DNA of 64,000 nucleotides from contig JACAFG010000001.1 in NCBI GenBank assembly GCA_019352195.1, forward strand, positions 130,485 to 194,484. The letters run 5' to 3'. Of this stretch, positions 20,347 through 30,109 are shown piece by piece (the first letter of the stretch is position 1; every line of letters begins with the position of its first letter). The notes under the pieces are model-generated. The model saw only the letters and a list, made by a program, of their open reading frames with translations. It ran no database searches and was not told the DNA's origin. Both the position numbers and the translations under genes were made by a program. The DNA is from Candidatus Saccharimonadota bacterium (GTDB taxonomy: Bacteria; Patescibacteriota; Saccharimonadia; UBA4664).

Positions 20347-21606
20347 ATGTTTGCAGATACGGCGACTATAGAAATTAAGGCAGGCAAGGGCGGCGATGGC
20401 CGCCTCTCGTTTCGTCACGAAAAATACCGGGCGATGGGCGGTCCGGATGGCGGCAATGGCGGCAAGGGTGGCGACGTTATTTTTCGGGTCGATCACAATA
20501 GCTCAACCTTGTCCTCGTATCGCACCGTTCGAATAATTGAGGCCGATGGTGGCGAAGCGGGTGGCGAAAACCAACGCGCCGGCAAGCAGGGCGCCGACAT
20601 CATCGTGCCGATGCCCCAAGGTACTCAGGTCTATTTAGGCGAAGAACTCATTGCTGACTTGTCTACGCCCGAAGGCCAGCTAGTTATGGCCAAAGGCGGT
20701 CGCGGCGGCTACGGCAACGCGCACTTCCAAAGCAGCAAGCGCCAAGCCCCGCGTATTAGCGAGCAAGGTGAAAGCGGTGAACACTTTAGCTTCCGACTTG
20801 AACTTAAATTGGTGGCCGACGTTGGCCTCATTGGCCTGCCCAATTCCGGGAAATCAACTCTCCTCTCAGTTATCTCGAATGCCCGGCCCGAAATTGCCGA
20901 CTATGCCTTTACCACGCTTATTCCCAACCTGGGAGTAGTTGATCACCGCGCCGGCGCTTTTTTGGCGGCCGATATTCCCGGCCTCATCGAAGGCGCAAGT
21001 GAAGGCAAAGGTCTGGGCGATGAATTTTTGCGGCATGTCGAACGTACGGCGGTGCTCATCCACCTTATCGATGCCGGCTCCGACGATGTCGCGCGCGACT
21101 ACAAAATTATTATGGCTGAACTTGCCGGCTACAAGGTCGACTTGTCCGATCGTCCGCAAATTGTCGCCTTGAGTAAAATTGATACCGTACCCGACGAGTG
21201 GTTAGCCGACGCCAAAGCCAAGCTTGAGGCTGCCTGCGGTCAAAGCGTCTTTGCCATGTCGGCGCAAGCCCATCTGGGCCTCAATGAGCTCCTCGACGCC
21301 GCCTCGCTGGCTGTAGCGACTGCCAGGGCCAATGTGGTTGAACCGGAAGACGAACTGCCCGTCATTGGCCTCGACAGTCTCACTGACACCTGGAGTGTTA
21401 CCGCCGAAGGCGAGGGAATCTTCCGTGTTACCGGCTCCACCATCGAAGGTTTTGCCAAGCGTACCAACTTTGACCAAGACGAAGGTGTCGGGCGTCTGCG
21501 GGATATTCTCAAGCGCCAAGGAATTGCCCGTGAATTGCGCCGGCAAGGCGCGCTTGACGGCGATATCATCCGCATTGGCGAAACCGAGCTCGCGTGGCTC
21601 GGCTAG
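20347..21606 (+). CDS. obgE: GTPase ObgE/CgtA
   Basis: Gly-rich Obg fold, GLPNSGKS, YAFTT, DIPG; C-terminal OCT domain. Confidence 0.97.
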   Translation: MFADTATIEIKAGKGGDGRLSFRHEKYRAMGGPDGGNGGKGGDVIFRVDHNSSTLSSYRTVRIIEADGGEAGGENQRAGKQGADIIVPMPQGTQVYLGEELIADLSTPEGQLVMAKGGRGGYGNAHFQSSKRQAPRISEQGESGEHFSFRLELKLVADVGLIGLPNSGKSTLLSVISNARPEIADYAFTTLIPNLGVVDHRAGAFLAADIPGLIEGASEGKGLGDEFLRHVERTAVLIHLIDAGSDDVARDYKIIMAELAGYKVDLSDRPQIVALSKIDTVPDEWLADAKAKLEAACGQSVFAMSAQAHLGLNELLDAASLAVATARANVVEPEDELPVIGLDSLTDTWSVTAEGEGIFRVTGSTIEGFAKRTNFDQDEGVGRLRDILKRQGIARELRRQGALDGDIIRIGETELAWLG

Positions 21607-21656
21607 TTCGGTTGACGGCCGCCCACTAATTGGCGAAAATGAGTCAGTCCCATTAC

Positions 21657-21732
21657 GGGGTTGTAGCTCATCTGGTAGAGCGCTGCATTCGCATTGCAGA
21701 GGTAAGGAGTTCGATCCTCCTCAACTCCACCA
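21657..21732 (+). tRNA. tRNA-Ala (CGC)
   Basis: Cloverleaf, G3:U70 pair, anticodon loop TTCGCAT, GTTCGA T-loop, encoded CCA. Confidence 0.97.
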
Positions 21733-21865
21733 AAAGTCCTAATTGTCCGAAATATCCCTTTATCAAGCCACAATTAGGAGTTCGATTAAGATTACTAAGG
21801 TTACCTGGTGATCTTTTTCGTATGATTTTGAGGCTAGTTCGATTAGTGGCTCGTAAGGTGACCAT
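21733..21865 (-). pseudogene. Putative C-terminal remnant of a large serine recombinase at attL
   Basis: Minus-strand frame ...NLNRTPNCGLIKGYFGQLGLLVE reads into the tRNA antisense, as the intact LSR does at tRNA-Gln. Confidence 0.4.
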
Positions 21866-21937
21866 GTGCCGGCGTACGCTGAGTTTTTGAGAATATTTAT
21901 TCTAAGCCAAGAGACGTGAATTTGTTATACTCGGTCC

Positions 21938-22441
21938 ATGGCTACATTTATTTTTGTTGCAGGTGCGCCAGGCGTCGGAAAATCTGTCGTTTCGGCAGCT
22001 TTGCGGCAGCGACTCGACAGTCCGTTATTCGAATTTGGCTGGATACCAGAGTTTCGCAATACGGGCCACACGCAAACGACGTATGAAGAAGATGAGGCAT
22101 TGGCGTTTGAGAATCTGGTACTTGTCGCCAAAAACTATGCCGCTCACAAGTATCAAAATGTCATAATTACTGATCTCGAGAACCATCGCATTGAGCAGCT
22201 CGACGAGGAATTCTCAGACTACAGCTATCACATTTTCACACTTCGACAAGTAGATGAAGACCTTCTGAAGAAGCAGATTCTCGATCAATCACGTTCCAGC
22301 GGGTATCGGGATTGGGAGCAGGCTCTCCGAATTAACAAAGACCTACTTGAGCGCGATCCACTCAAAAATGAATCATTTATTGATGTAGGTCAAAGAAGTA
22401 TTGAGGATGTGGTGGACGAGATAGAAGCCGCAATAAAGTAA
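21938..22441 (+). CDS. P-loop nucleotide kinase-like protein
   Basis: N-terminal AGAPGVGKS Walker A. Confidence 0.8.
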   Translation: MATFIFVAGAPGVGKSVVSAALRQRLDSPLFEFGWIPEFRNTGHTQTTYEEDEALAFENLVLVAKNYAAHKYQNVIITDLENHRIEQLDEEFSDYSYHIFTLRQVDEDLLKKQILDQSRSSGYRDWEQALRINKDLLERDPLKNESFIDVGQRSIEDVVDEIEAAIK

Positions 22442-22484
22442 GCTCGCGCCCTATCGCGTTAAGAACAACTGAAGGTTCATTTAG

Positions 22485-22588
22485 CGTTCATTCGGCGATC
22501 GCATCTCAACCCCAGCCGTCTTCAGCATTCGCCACACCGTCGACCCGTCCACCCCAAACTTGTCGCCGAGCGGCGCAAGTGACCAGCC
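22485..22588 (-). pseudogene. 3' remnant of an HTH gene; diverged direct repeat of 23726-23829
   Basis: 104 bp, about 85% identical by manual alignment; encodes GWSLAPLGDKFGVDGSTVWRMLKTAGVEMRSPNER. Confidence 0.85.
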
Positions 22589-22655
22589 ATACCAAACGGC
22601 TCGGCAGCAGAGCAAATAGTGGGAATTGCTGCCAAGTGGTACTATTTATACACTT

Positions 22656-23672
22656 ATGGCCAGACGATTACACGAACTACTTTTAGGCATAGTTCTGGCC
22701 GCTGCCTGTATGATGTCGCAGCCTGTAATTGCAAGCTCGTTCGCTAGTGGACCTACCGGACCTTCCGTCAACGGCATATTTACCGGGAAGTTCATCGTAA
22801 ACTTCAATTTTGCCTATACCGGCTCGGGACAGTACCTCTCGGCAGGTAATAACTATTATGGCGGCCAGGAGGAATATAGCTGTAATCTCAGTCCTGGCCA
22901 GTGTAGTATTTTTGGCTACCAAGGCACGCATCATTACAAGGTCTGGCAGAATGCCTCAGGAGATCTTTACTATGATCTCGACGATAAGTGTGGCAATAAC
23001 TGTGGGCAGATTGCAGGATCGGCGAGTGATGCCCCCGGGGTGGCGCAGGTTCTTTTCGATCAAGTAATAGTGATAGACGAAACGCCTCCCGTTGTATCGA
23101 TTACGTCGCCTACAAATAATGCAAATACGTCCGCACCTGCAATTAGCGTTACTGGAATAGTATCGGATGGGAATGAGTCAGGCGTCGCAAGTGTAAAAGT
23201 AAATGGCGTAAATGCAACAATCTCTGGTTCAGGCTTTAGCGCCACAGTTCCACTGACGACGGGCCTAAACACGGTCACCGTGTTGGCATCGGACAAAGCA
23301 GGGCACCAATCATCAACACAAATTACAGTTTTGCGGCAGGCAGGCTCATCGGTTTCGGGAGGAAGCACCAGTGGAACGAACAAACTAACCGAAACACAGT
23401 CTCCGATAAAACAAGTCCCGGTGGCGCAAGGCGACGTCAGCGCTGCTAATTCTGCCACGCCTCAAGCGGTGGTGGTATCGAAATCGAAGAAAAATATCTT
23501 GGTACAGGCAGCAACTTACGGAGGCCTAGCATTAGCCGGGTCATTGCTACTAACATTTTTGATCTTAGTCATTCTCTTTGTACTAAACAGATTCTCTATC
23601 ATAAAAGTGGAGTTCCCGAATAACGTCAGTCCAAATAATCGGGAAAAACAATTACCACCCCGATCGAAGTAG
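22656..23672 (+). CDS. Surface protein with Ig-like domain and C-terminal TM
   Basis: Signal peptide, DETPPVVSITSP..VTG..V.VNG..LTTGLNTVTVLASDKAG Ig repeat, TM. Confidence 0.75.
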   Translation: MARRLHELLLGIVLAAACMMSQPVIASSFASGPTGPSVNGIFTGKFIVNFNFAYTGSGQYLSAGNNYYGGQEEYSCNLSPGQCSIFGYQGTHHYKVWQNASGDLYYDLDDKCGNNCGQIAGSASDAPGVAQVLFDQVIVIDETPPVVSITSPTNNANTSAPAISVTGIVSDGNESGVASVKVNGVNATISGSGFSATVPLTTGLNTVTVLASDKAGHQSSTQITVLRQAGSSVSGGSTSGTNKLTETQSPIKQVPVAQGDVSAANSATPQAVVVSKSKKNILVQAATYGGLALAGSLLLTFLILVILFVLNRFSIIKVEFPNNVSPNNREKQLPPRSK

Positions 23673-23709
23673 GTGCCAAGCTAAGGTTGGCAACATGCAG
23701 TAAATTGCG

Positions 23710-24147
23710 TCAACCGTCGCGGTGCCGTTCGTTCGGCGATCGCATCTCAACCCCAGCCGCCTTCAGCGCCCGCCCCACCGTCGTCCCGTCCACGCTAAAC
23801 TTCTTGCCGAGCCGCACCAGCGACCAGCCGTCGCGGTAGAGCTGCGCGGCCGCCTCGACGTCATCTGGCCTGAGGCCGGGCTGGCGAATCTCCACGTTGT
23901 AGCGGGTGAGCACAGCCGTGACGGTGTGCCGGTGGACGCCAAACCGGTGAGCCAGTTCCTTGACGCTCATCCCCTGGAGGTAGGCCGTGATGAGTTGCGA
24001 CGACTGGCTATCATCGAGACGGCGCTGATGGTGCCTTACACGCCCGGGAACCTCCACCCGCTGCTCGGCCAGCGCGATCAAACGTACGCTGACAAGCGGT
24101 TTTGACCGAAAACGGGGGTTGCAGTAGTGGCTCATAACCTCCACCAA
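23710..24147 (-). CDS. Double helix-turn-helix protein (actinobacterial element type); start lies inside the att core
   Basis: AYLQGMSVKELAHRFGVHRHTV and LYRDGWSLVRLGKKFSVDGTTV; GC-rich relative to flanks. Confidence 0.8.
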   Translation of the reverse strand: MVEVMSHYCNPRFRSKPLVSVRLIALAEQRVEVPGRVRHHQRRLDDSQSSQLITAYLQGMSVKELAHRFGVHRHTVTAVLTRYNVEIRQPGLRPDDVEAAAQLYRDGWSLVRLGKKFSVDGTTVGRALKAAGVEMRSPNERHRDG

Positions 24148-24185
24148 AATGAAAACCGGACTTATGTCCGGTTTTCATTTTGGTG
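24142..24185 (+). terminator. Perfect 20-bp hairpin, probably the displaced tRNA terminator
   Basis: caccaaaatgaaaaccggac-ttat-gtccggttttcattttggtg. Confidence 0.85.
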
Positions 24186-24376
24186 TGCAATAAAGAATGG
24201 ATCGAGGTGGTTAGTTCAGTGACTGCAGGTCACGCACATTCGTCAATTCTTGTACGTGAGGTTTGACTACCGATCAAACCGTTTCCGCCACTGTGCTACA
24301 GTATTCATTGATACGGATACTTATAGATGAAAAGTTCGCTGGCTGCAAAGCTAGCGAACATTCATCGAGCGTGGCG

Positions 24377-25041
24377 TTACATTTGATGCATCGGACACTT
24401 GTGGTCATCGCACAGTGGTGCGCCGCAGACGAAACTACCGGCATTGTTACATCCCCGTGGGGCCTGATGGTCGCCACTTACGATGCAGTATTGGCTTTGA
24501 TGCTCGGCACAAACGATCGTGCCATTTGCAGTAGGCTTGTGGCACGCCCCTGACCATGCGGGTTGGTAAACGCACTGATGATTGGTGATTTCTGCCGCCC
24601 GCGTTCCCGTTGCGATCTTTTGTGCCGCGCGGTGACAAGCTTCAAGCACTCTGGCTCCATACAATAATGGAGATTTCGGTCAGCACTCTCGTAAAGGTTT
24701 CTTCCGCCGAACGACTGCCAACCGCAGTGGGCACAGATCTCAGCATCGGGCGGAAAACCCGGCTCACTGCTTGATACGATCGTCGTACCGCGCCGGATTT
24801 TTAGATCGGGCAAGTCTTGCTGTGGCTGTAACCAGCCTCTCGGATTTGAACAGCCGTAGACTTCTCGGTAGCGGGCCAACTCGGTGGTCAAAATCAGACG
24901 CAATGTTGGCTCAGTAATGGACTCTAAAGCTAGTACATCACCGAAATGAGCGTGGAAATACTGGTGCGCACGTGGCGCACCACAAACAATACTTAGCTGA
25001 TAACTCGGCATGGTGCGCCGTTCGTAGTCGGGGCATACCAT
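24377..25041 (-). pseudogene. Cys-rich putative zinc-binding protein, apparently split across two frames
   Basis: CAHC and CMEPEC in 24478-25041; several Cys/His clusters in overlapping 24377-24664. Confidence 0.4.
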
Positions 25042-25301
25042 GCATACTATACAATACTAAGACCAAAGTTACAAGTTTTGTGACGCAGCGAGATCATAAT
25101 TCGCATCTCGAGCGATGCTGGCCCGTAGTACCTTAATTGAACGAAGGCATTCTCCTCATCTCAACCCTCAATAAAGATCAAATGGTGGTGCAGTTCTGCT
25201 TTTTTCAGGCCAAAGAATAAGCCTAAGCAGGAGAGCCTATCATCATTCTTCTTATGTCATTGCAACTTTTTCGTCTCGTGGGGTAAGGTGGTGGGGCATA
25301 A

Positions 25302-25553
25302 ATGCCTGTACTAATATCAAGCACGCTAGTTATTGAAAATCTTACCAATTACCCTATCATGAGCAGCCTCAAGAAAATATATAAGGCCTCATTCGTTGCT
25401 GAGTTTTCCATTTCGGCGAGCCTCACGATTATTGGAATTGCGTTCTATTTCACCGGTTTTACTGAGAACAGCCGTAATTGCTGGTTAACAGCGATGCTGA
25501 GTTTGATGCTAGCAACCATTAATTACGCTACTGAAAATAGAGTCAGAGATTAG
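25302..25553 (+). CDS. Small 2-TM hypothetical protein
   Basis: Two hydrophobic segments. Confidence 0.4.
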   Translation: MPVLISSTLVIENLTNYPIMSSLKKIYKASFVAEFSISASLTIIGIAFYFTGFTENSRNCWLTAMLSLMLATINYATENRVRD

Positions 25554-25555
25554 GG

Positions 25556-26902
25556 CTACAAAAACGACGCGAGTAAAGCGATCGCAAACACTCCCATAAC
25601 GATAAATGCTGCCCAAAGACCGATTCGGGACCACATGCCACTCTTATACTCACCCATGATGTCCGGTCGACTTGAAATACGCGCTATGAGATAAATAAGT
25701 GGCACGGCAGCAATGCCATTGAAGACGGCTGTTAGAACGAGAGCTTTCATTGGGTCTAAGCCTACAAAATTGAATAACAGGCCAACCAGCGTACCTAAAA
25801 TTATGATGATATAGAATTCGCGAGCTTGTTTGAACTTGCGAAAGAGGCCCTCCTTCCAGTTAAATGTCTCTGACACGGCGTAGGAAGAGGATCCAGCAAG
25901 TACCGGAATACTCTGTAAGCCAATCCCAATGATACCGACGCTGAAAATCAATTTGGCCCAAAGGCCTGCGTTCGGAAAGGTATGAACCAACGGCTCAAGC
26001 GCCCGTGCGGCATCGGCGGCCGTGGTGATATTGGTTATACCCGACTGGTTAAGAACCACGGCTCCGACAATCATAATGAACCACGCTGCTACATTCGAAA
26101 ACAACATACCGAGAGCAGTATCAATTCTAAGCCGCTTCAAATAGGGGTGAGACATACGCGGGATCCCGCCCTTTTGGTTGACACGGTGCTCCGCGATTTC
26201 ATCTTCCACCACATTGCTCGTTTGCCAGAAAAACAAATATGGCGAGATTGTTGTCCCAAAGATAGCTACAATGATGAACAAAAATTCTTTATTGAATTCA
26301 AGATGAGGAACAAACGTAGCACGTATCGCCTCTCCCCACGGAACATTAATCAAGAATGCAGTGATCGGATATGAAAGCAGGGCGATGGCCAGCCATTTCA
26401 AAATTCGTACGTAAGTTTTGTAAGGTACAAATATTTCTAGGATCAAAATAAAGAGAGCAAAGGCTACAGCCAATAATCCAAAGGGAACCGCTGGCAATAA
26501 CAGCTGAGTACTTGCAGCCATTGCGCCAATGTCAGAGCCAATATTAAAAGTATTAGCTGCTACCACTAATAATACGACGGGTAAAAGAACTTTTTTGGGG
26601 TAGTGTTCACGCACTGCCTCAGCAAGACCTTTACCAGTGACGGCACCAACTCGCGCGCATGCCTCCTGGACTGCGGTCATGAGTGGAAAAGTAAGAAGCA
26701 TGGTCCATAGCAAGCCAAAACCGAATTGTGCTCCAGCTTGCGAGTAGGTTGCGATCCCCGACGGATCGTCGTCGGCAGCACCGGTAACAATTCCAGGGCC
26801 TAGTATTCTGAGGAACCTGCTGAAGCCTTTCTTTTCCGCCTTACGTTTTAAGATGGCTGGATTTTGTGCTTCAGCGATCGCTTCGTCTGGTAATTCAATC
26901 AT
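25556..26902 (-). CDS. NRAMP-like divalent metal transporter
   Basis: LGPGIVTGAADDDPSGIATYSQAGA and GTTISPYLFFWQ; about 11 TMs. Confidence 0.92.
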   Translation of the reverse strand: MIELPDEAIAEAQNPAILKRKAEKKGFSRFLRILGPGIVTGAADDDPSGIATYSQAGAQFGFGLLWTMLLTFPLMTAVQEACARVGAVTGKGLAEAVREHYPKKVLLPVVLLVVAANTFNIGSDIGAMAASTQLLLPAVPFGLLAVAFALFILILEIFVPYKTYVRILKWLAIALLSYPITAFLINVPWGEAIRATFVPHLEFNKEFLFIIVAIFGTTISPYLFFWQTSNVVEDEIAEHRVNQKGGIPRMSHPYLKRLRIDTALGMLFSNVAAWFIMIVGAVVLNQSGITNITTAADAARALEPLVHTFPNAGLWAKLIFSVGIIGIGLQSIPVLAGSSSYAVSETFNWKEGLFRKFKQAREFYIIIILGTLVGLLFNFVGLDPMKALVLTAVFNGIAAVPLIYLIARISSRPDIMGEYKSGMWSRIGLWAAFIVMGVFAIALLASFL

Positions 26903-27168
26903 GATCGAAGCATAAGTATAATGAATCGTTTTGTCGAGAAGTCGGAATAAAATCTCACCACATGTGCCTTCATTCTGATGTAATCCAACTGTGCCCTCGC
27001 GCGCTCCAAACCGATAGCAAAAACGTTCTAGACAGTACTTATTCCAAAGAAATACTGATGTCTATGAATAGTCACACACGTCGCTCACGCAGTATTTTCC
27101 TCTTAACTAAGCTCATGTAGGTTTTCAAAACTACTGGCCGAGTCCTTTTACCTTGCTATACTTTTCGC

Positions 27169-27615
27169 ATGCGTAACCGTGCCTCCGCCATAGTGATAAA
27201 AGACGGCTGTATTGCTCTCGTCCACCGTCTCATAGCCGGCGAAGATTATTACGTGTTTCCGGGAGGCGGTATCGATGAGGGCGAAACTCCCGATCAGGCC
27301 GCCGTGCGCGAGCTCATGGAAGAAACCAGCCTTACGGGCGAGATCATCAAATTAGTCGCTCACACTACGCTCAAAGGCATTGTAGACAACAGCTATTTCT
27401 TGTGTCGCTACGTAAGCGGGGAACCAGAGTTAGGCAACTTCAATGAGCGGGCCAAAATGGACGCTGGTGCCGACGATCGTTATGAACCCATGTGGGTGAG
27501 CATGTCAGCACTACCGGCCAATTTGTATCCCGAATCCATTCGTGCGTGGCTGCTTGAGGCCATAAAATCAGATTTTGATGGGCCGGCCTTCGTCACGATT
27601 AAGAATCCTGCTTAG
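27169..27615 (+). CDS. Nudix hydrolase
   Basis: PGGGIDEGETPDQAAVRELMEET Nudix box. Confidence 0.92.
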   Translation: MRNRASAIVIKDGCIALVHRLIAGEDYYVFPGGGIDEGETPDQAAVRELMEETSLTGEIIKLVAHTTLKGIVDNSYFLCRYVSGEPELGNFNERAKMDAGADDRYEPMWVSMSALPANLYPESIRAWLLEAIKSDFDGPAFVTIKNPA

Positions 27616-27674
27616 CTCTCCCAGGCCAATTCGGTATATAATTCTCAAAGAATCAATCACAAAGAGGTGGCCCA

Positions 27675-27869
27675 ATGTTGTTTTTCGGACTGTTTATTCT
27701 GATCGTACTGCCGATCTTTTTGTGGTTTTGTATTAGTTTGCTGAAGAAAAATCCGGACCTGAATGGCAATCCGGCTACCAAGTTTATTATTGCCATCTTT
27801 TACCTCTTTGGTGGCATGGCGGTGCTTACGGACCTCATCATCATTGCTCACTTGCTCAAGCTTATTTAG
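27675..27869 (+). CDS. Small 2-TM protein
   Basis: gaggtg RBS; two TMs. Confidence 0.5.
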   Translation: MLFFGLFILIVLPIFLWFCISLLKKNPDLNGNPATKFIIAIFYLFGGMAVLTDLIIIAHLLKLI

Positions 27870-28447
27870 CGGCTACGCTTAGGAATAAGTCCTGCTAGAG
27901 CTAAAATAAGCGCAACTACACTCAGCGCCAAAGCGGCGTCAGTTTTGGTACTAGTGGCCGCCGTGGAAGCGCCAGTGGTCAAATCGTCCACCACGCTGGT
28001 TGTGGAGTAGGGCGTAAAGCTGTCATTACCGGATCCGTTGGGGATTTGATCCCACGCCGTCACGCTGCCATCAGCATACATTTGGTACGCCTTCCAGTTG
28101 AGGGTTGTTGGCGTTGCCGGCACCTGTGCCCCAAAGCTAAAGTCGTCACGTTGGCCCACAGGTATACTGCCTCCCATCCAATCGATTTCGGTGATTGTAT
28201 TGCCCGAGCTTTGGGTGATAATAGTCCAGCCCGGTTTTACCGTAGGGCTTACTTCTTTTAAGCCGCCGGGGACAACTAGGCGAAGCCCAGTGACTGCAAC
28301 TTGTTTTTCGTTTGGCACGCTGGTCGAAAATACTAGTTCGCTAGCCACGTCCGCTTGGGCCGGGGTTACTACGACGTGCGCCGAGGCAGTTGCGGGCAAT
28401 AAGGCAACCATTACTAAGAGTGAAGCGATCAACATTCGTCGATACAT
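27866..28447 (-). CDS. YcnI (DUF1775) copper-binding membrane protein
   Basis: Signal peptide ASA/HVVVTP, VPNE, KPGW and WKAYQ.YADG; C-terminal TM. Confidence 0.85.
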   Translation of the reverse strand: MYRRMLIASLLVMVALLPATASAHVVVTPAQADVASELVFSTSVPNEKQVAVTGLRLVVPGGLKEVSPTVKPGWTIITQSSGNTITEIDWMGGSIPVGQRDDFSFGAQVPATPTTLNWKAYQMYADGSVTAWDQIPNGSGNDSFTPYSTTSVVDDLTTGASTAATSTKTDAALALSVVALILALAGLIPKRSR

Positions 28448-28545
28448 ATGAGTCCTTTGGGTTCGTAAAAGTTGTATGCAAACTATGTAACTACTCCTAA
28501 GAATATCAGGGCGCGACATAGTTCACACATAAATCACAATTTCCT

Positions 28546-29337
28546 TTGACAAGCCCGCGACATACGTCCATAGTAATGGCAAAGCATAACAGGTTTCAAA
28601 AACTGCTTATGAAGCAGATCTTTCTTTCACTTGGTCTCTGCTCACTCCTAAGTTTAGTGGGTATCGCTGGCGTTTCGGCGCTTAGTGTGGGCACTGCTGC
28701 GGCTGCTACCAACCCCAATTGTACTTCCAACGGTCCCGATCCAAGCCTAGGTACCGACTTTGTTACCTATAGCATTCCTACCGCCGGCACGTATACCATT
28801 TGGACGCGCATGATGGCCGATGTGCCCACCGATAACTCGTACTATTTGCAAATAGATTGTGGCGCACCTATTAGCGTGGGTGGTACCAACCTCACCGCAG
28901 GTGCTTGGTCTTGGGTTGATTACAAGGATGGCAACACCTCAACCAAGATTACGGCCACGCTCAGCGCTGGCAGCCACACCTTTAATCTCACTGGCGAAGC
29001 TCCCAACGTTATTGTCGACCGGGTGATATTTGCGACCGATCCCACCTGTGTGCCGACGAGCACCGGTGACAACTGTGCTATAGCTGCCACGGCGACACCC
29101 ACTGTTACACCCACGCCCGCCCCCACAGCTACGGCCACCCCAACGCCAACCGCTTCGGCTACACCGACACCATCGGGAGTTACCGGTGACGTTAACGGCG
29201 ACAGCCGTGTCAACGTAGTCGACCTTTCGCTCCTGCTCGGTAAGTGGAATACCAACTACGCATCAACCGACCTCAACCGCGATGGCACGGTCAACGTTAT
29301 CGACCTATCGATTCTTCTCGGACACTGGACTGGTTGA
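28546..29337 (+). CDS. Secreted protein with CBM-like domain, PT linker and dockerin-type repeat
   Basis: GDVNGDSRVNVVDLSLLL and DLNRDGTVNVIDLSILL duplicated Ca-binding repeats. Confidence 0.8.
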   Translation: MTSPRHTSIVMAKHNRFQKLLMKQIFLSLGLCSLLSLVGIAGVSALSVGTAAAATNPNCTSNGPDPSLGTDFVTYSIPTAGTYTIWTRMMADVPTDNSYYLQIDCGAPISVGGTNLTAGAWSWVDYKDGNTSTKITATLSAGSHTFNLTGEAPNVIVDRVIFATDPTCVPTSTGDNCAIAATATPTVTPTPAPTATATPTPTASATPTPSGVTGDVNGDSRVNVVDLSLLLGKWNTNYASTDLNRDGTVNVIDLSILLGHWTG

Positions 29338-29478
29338 GCAGGCTGTTGTTAGGTCCTCCCGCCACGTACAAATCGATCATTCCTCGCCACAATCGACGAT
29401 CCAAATTTGTCAGCGCAGTAAATGATTCGCAAATGAGATGGCTTTGCTGTAGCATAAGCGATAACAATAGGAATCAAC

Positions 29479-29652
29479 ATGGCAAAAAAGTCTGACAATT
29501 TCCTGGCTGATATCACCAAACCAAAGATAAAACACCTGAGCTACTTAGACGGACTTCGTTTTGGCTTAGGCTTTGGTGTAGGCATCCTTATCCTTTTTAG
29601 CTTGCTTGGTGCTGTGGCATGGGGCGTAATTTACTTCCTCCACATTCACTAG
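29479..29652 (+). CDS. Small membrane protein (57 aa, not in ORF track)
   Basis: MAKKSD...DGLRFGLGFGVG..TM..HIH. Confidence 0.55.
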   Translation: MAKKSDNFLADITKPKIKHLSYLDGLRFGLGFGVGILILFSLLGAVAWGVIYFLHIH

Positions 29653-29738
29653 GCTTGCCCTAAAGCGCTATTTTTGGTAATCTTTTCGGGTACTTTAGCC
29701 GCTATAGGCGCCTCATAAACAAATAATCCCACAGCTGT

Positions 29739-29814
<76 letters not shown>

Positions 29815-30109
29815 TATAGTCATTTTTACTGCGTTTTAGCGCAATATAGCATTACATCAAGAGCTGAGAGGCTATGTTTGATTTGATTCAGCACGCAGCT
29901 AAGTAGCGCTAACAATAAAATATAAACAGACAACCACTGGCACCAAAGCGTTCAGAAGTGCCATCAATCCACAAAGCGCCATCACTAGCTTCCTCTGGAG
30001 GTCTTTCTGTCTTGGTAGGTTCTATAAAGGGCGTAGATATTGACCAAGATCGTAGCTCCGAATACTGATAACATATCAGTACAGGGTCGTAGTCTGATAT
30101 CATAAGCTC

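Larger units (their letters stand above)
21722..24149. mobile_element. Degenerate island(s) at the tRNA-Ala(CGC) 3' end
   Basis: ctccaccaaaa repeated at 21725-21735 and 24139-24149; displaced terminator follows the second copy. Confidence 0.7.

Noticed and set aside
21630-21890. Plus-strand ORF across tRNA-Ala (and 59458-59682 across tRNA-Gln)
   Set aside because: Translations of tRNA sequence.
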